In this document: positions 34,582 through 35,481 of the stretch, in pieces
Numbering within the stretch: the first letter of the stretch is position 1
Layout: every line of letters starts with the position of its first letter
Source of the DNA: Octopus bimaculoides
Lineage: Eukaryota
Length of the DNA stretch: 35,481 nucleotides
NCBI RefSeq assembly: GCF_001194135.2
Contig: NC_068988.1
Span: 97,461,887 to 97,497,367 of the forward strand
Reading direction: 5' to 3'
Translations under genes and position numbers: made by a program
Notes under the pieces: model-generated
Seen by the model: the letters and a program-made list of their open reading frames with translations, nothing else
Told to the model about the DNA's origin: nothing
The model's database searches: none

Positions 34582-34628
34582 GACACCTGATAAAGGCTGG
34601 AGGGTATATCAGCCGAAAACGTTGTGTT
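34582..34628 (+). ncRNA. Minimal type I hammerhead ribozyme motif, mutated core
   Basis: Plus strand reads GACAC CUGAUAA A GGCUG gaggguauau CAGCC GAAAA CG UU GUGUU. Stem II is perfect, but there is a G8>A change and an extra A in GAAA. Confidence 0.45.
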
Positions 34629-34809
34629 AACAACAAACAAGATGAGGATAAATAGCCGTCAAATGTAAATAATGTAAAATAATTGTCATTGTTATAAGCG
34701 TCCAAAATACTACAATATCTGTTTCAACACAGGATGTCAAATGCCGAATCTTGCAAAGTGAATACATAAACGCGCACGTGCGCGTGTGTGTGTCCCTGCG
34801 CGTGTGTAC

Positions 34810-35240
34810 AGGCGGAGGCGTGGCTATGTGGTAAGAAGCTTGCTTCCCAACCACATGGTTCTGGATTCAGTCCCACTGCGTGGCACCATAAGCAAGTGTC
34901 TTCTACTATAGCCTCGAGCCGACTAAAGCCTTGTGAGTGGATTTGGTAGACGCAAACTGGAAAAAGTTGGCGTGTATATACACACACACACACACACACA
35001 CACGTATATATATATATATATTTGTGTGAGTGTCTGTGTTTGTGCTCCTGCCATCACTTCACAACCGATAGTAATGTGTTTATGTCCCCGTAACTTACCG
35101 GTTCGGCACAAGAGACCGAAGGAATATGCACTAAGCTTACAAAGAATAGGTCCTGGGGTAGATTTGTTCGACTAACACCCTTGAAGTCAGTGCTCCAGCA
35201 TGGCCGCAGTCAAATGAATGAAACAAGTAAAAGAATAACA
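34810..35240 (+). mobile_element. SINE family A, full-length copy
   Basis: aggcggaggcgtggctatgtggtaagaagcttgcttcccaaccacatgg...ttcagtcccactgcgtggcacc...catggccgcagtcaaatga...aaacaagtaaaaga. Confidence 0.9.
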
Positions 35241-35290
35241 GAACACACACCCATATACATACATATATATACACGCACTCACACACACAC

Positions 35291-35450
35291 ATCAGGCTTC
35301 ATTCAGTTTCCGTCAACCAAATCCACTCACAAGGCTTTGGTCGGCCAGAGGCTATAGTAGAAGACACTTGCCAAGGTGCCACGCAGTGGGACTGAACCCA
35401 TACCCATGTGGTTAGTAAGAAGCTACTTACCACAGAGCCATTCCTGTGCA
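35291..35450 (-). mobile_element. SINE family A, 5' half, inverted relative to the 34810 copy
   Basis: The reverse complement matches 34810-34965 closely, e.g. ttcagtcccactgcgtggcacc and gcaagtgtcttctactatagcctc. Confidence 0.9.

Positions 35451-35481
<31 letters not shown>

Larger units (their letters stand above)
34211..34684. mobile_element. Head-to-head inverted pair of a tRNA-headed SINE (family F) forming a ~440-bp palindrome
   Basis: 34245-34463 is the reverse complement of 34478-34684 with scattered mismatches and a 14-nt spacer. The + copy begins ggttaagagcgcgggctactaacccc and has the B-box GAGTTCGATACC. Confidence 0.9.

Overview
AT-rich, microsatellite-laden animal genomic DNA with nine N-gaps. 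The repeat families resemble those I recall from octopus genomes, so an octopod origin is an inference. The only supportable protein gene is an intronless FoxD-class forkhead transcription factor (+ strand, first ATG 24682 to TGA 27387, 901 aa). It has a near-canonical FoxD DNA-binding domain, an eh1/Groucho motif, an acidic tract in which the FoxD IDV element is amplified to (DV)6, and a very long low-complexity N-terminus. The rest of the window is transposon debris: several tRNA-headed SINE families (called A-F here, my own labels), three different 3' fragments of restriction-like-endonuclease (R4/Dong-type) LINEs, a probable decayed RTE fragment, small TIR/fold-back elements, a Helitron 3' end, and micro- and minisatellites. 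The most unusual structure is a ~440-bp palindrome at 34245-34684. It is formed by two copies of a tRNA-headed SINE, and each copy carries a minimal, Penelope-type hammerhead ribozyme motif. Nearly all other ORFs in the track are simple-repeat artefacts. All alignments and folds were done by eye, so repeat boundaries are approximate.
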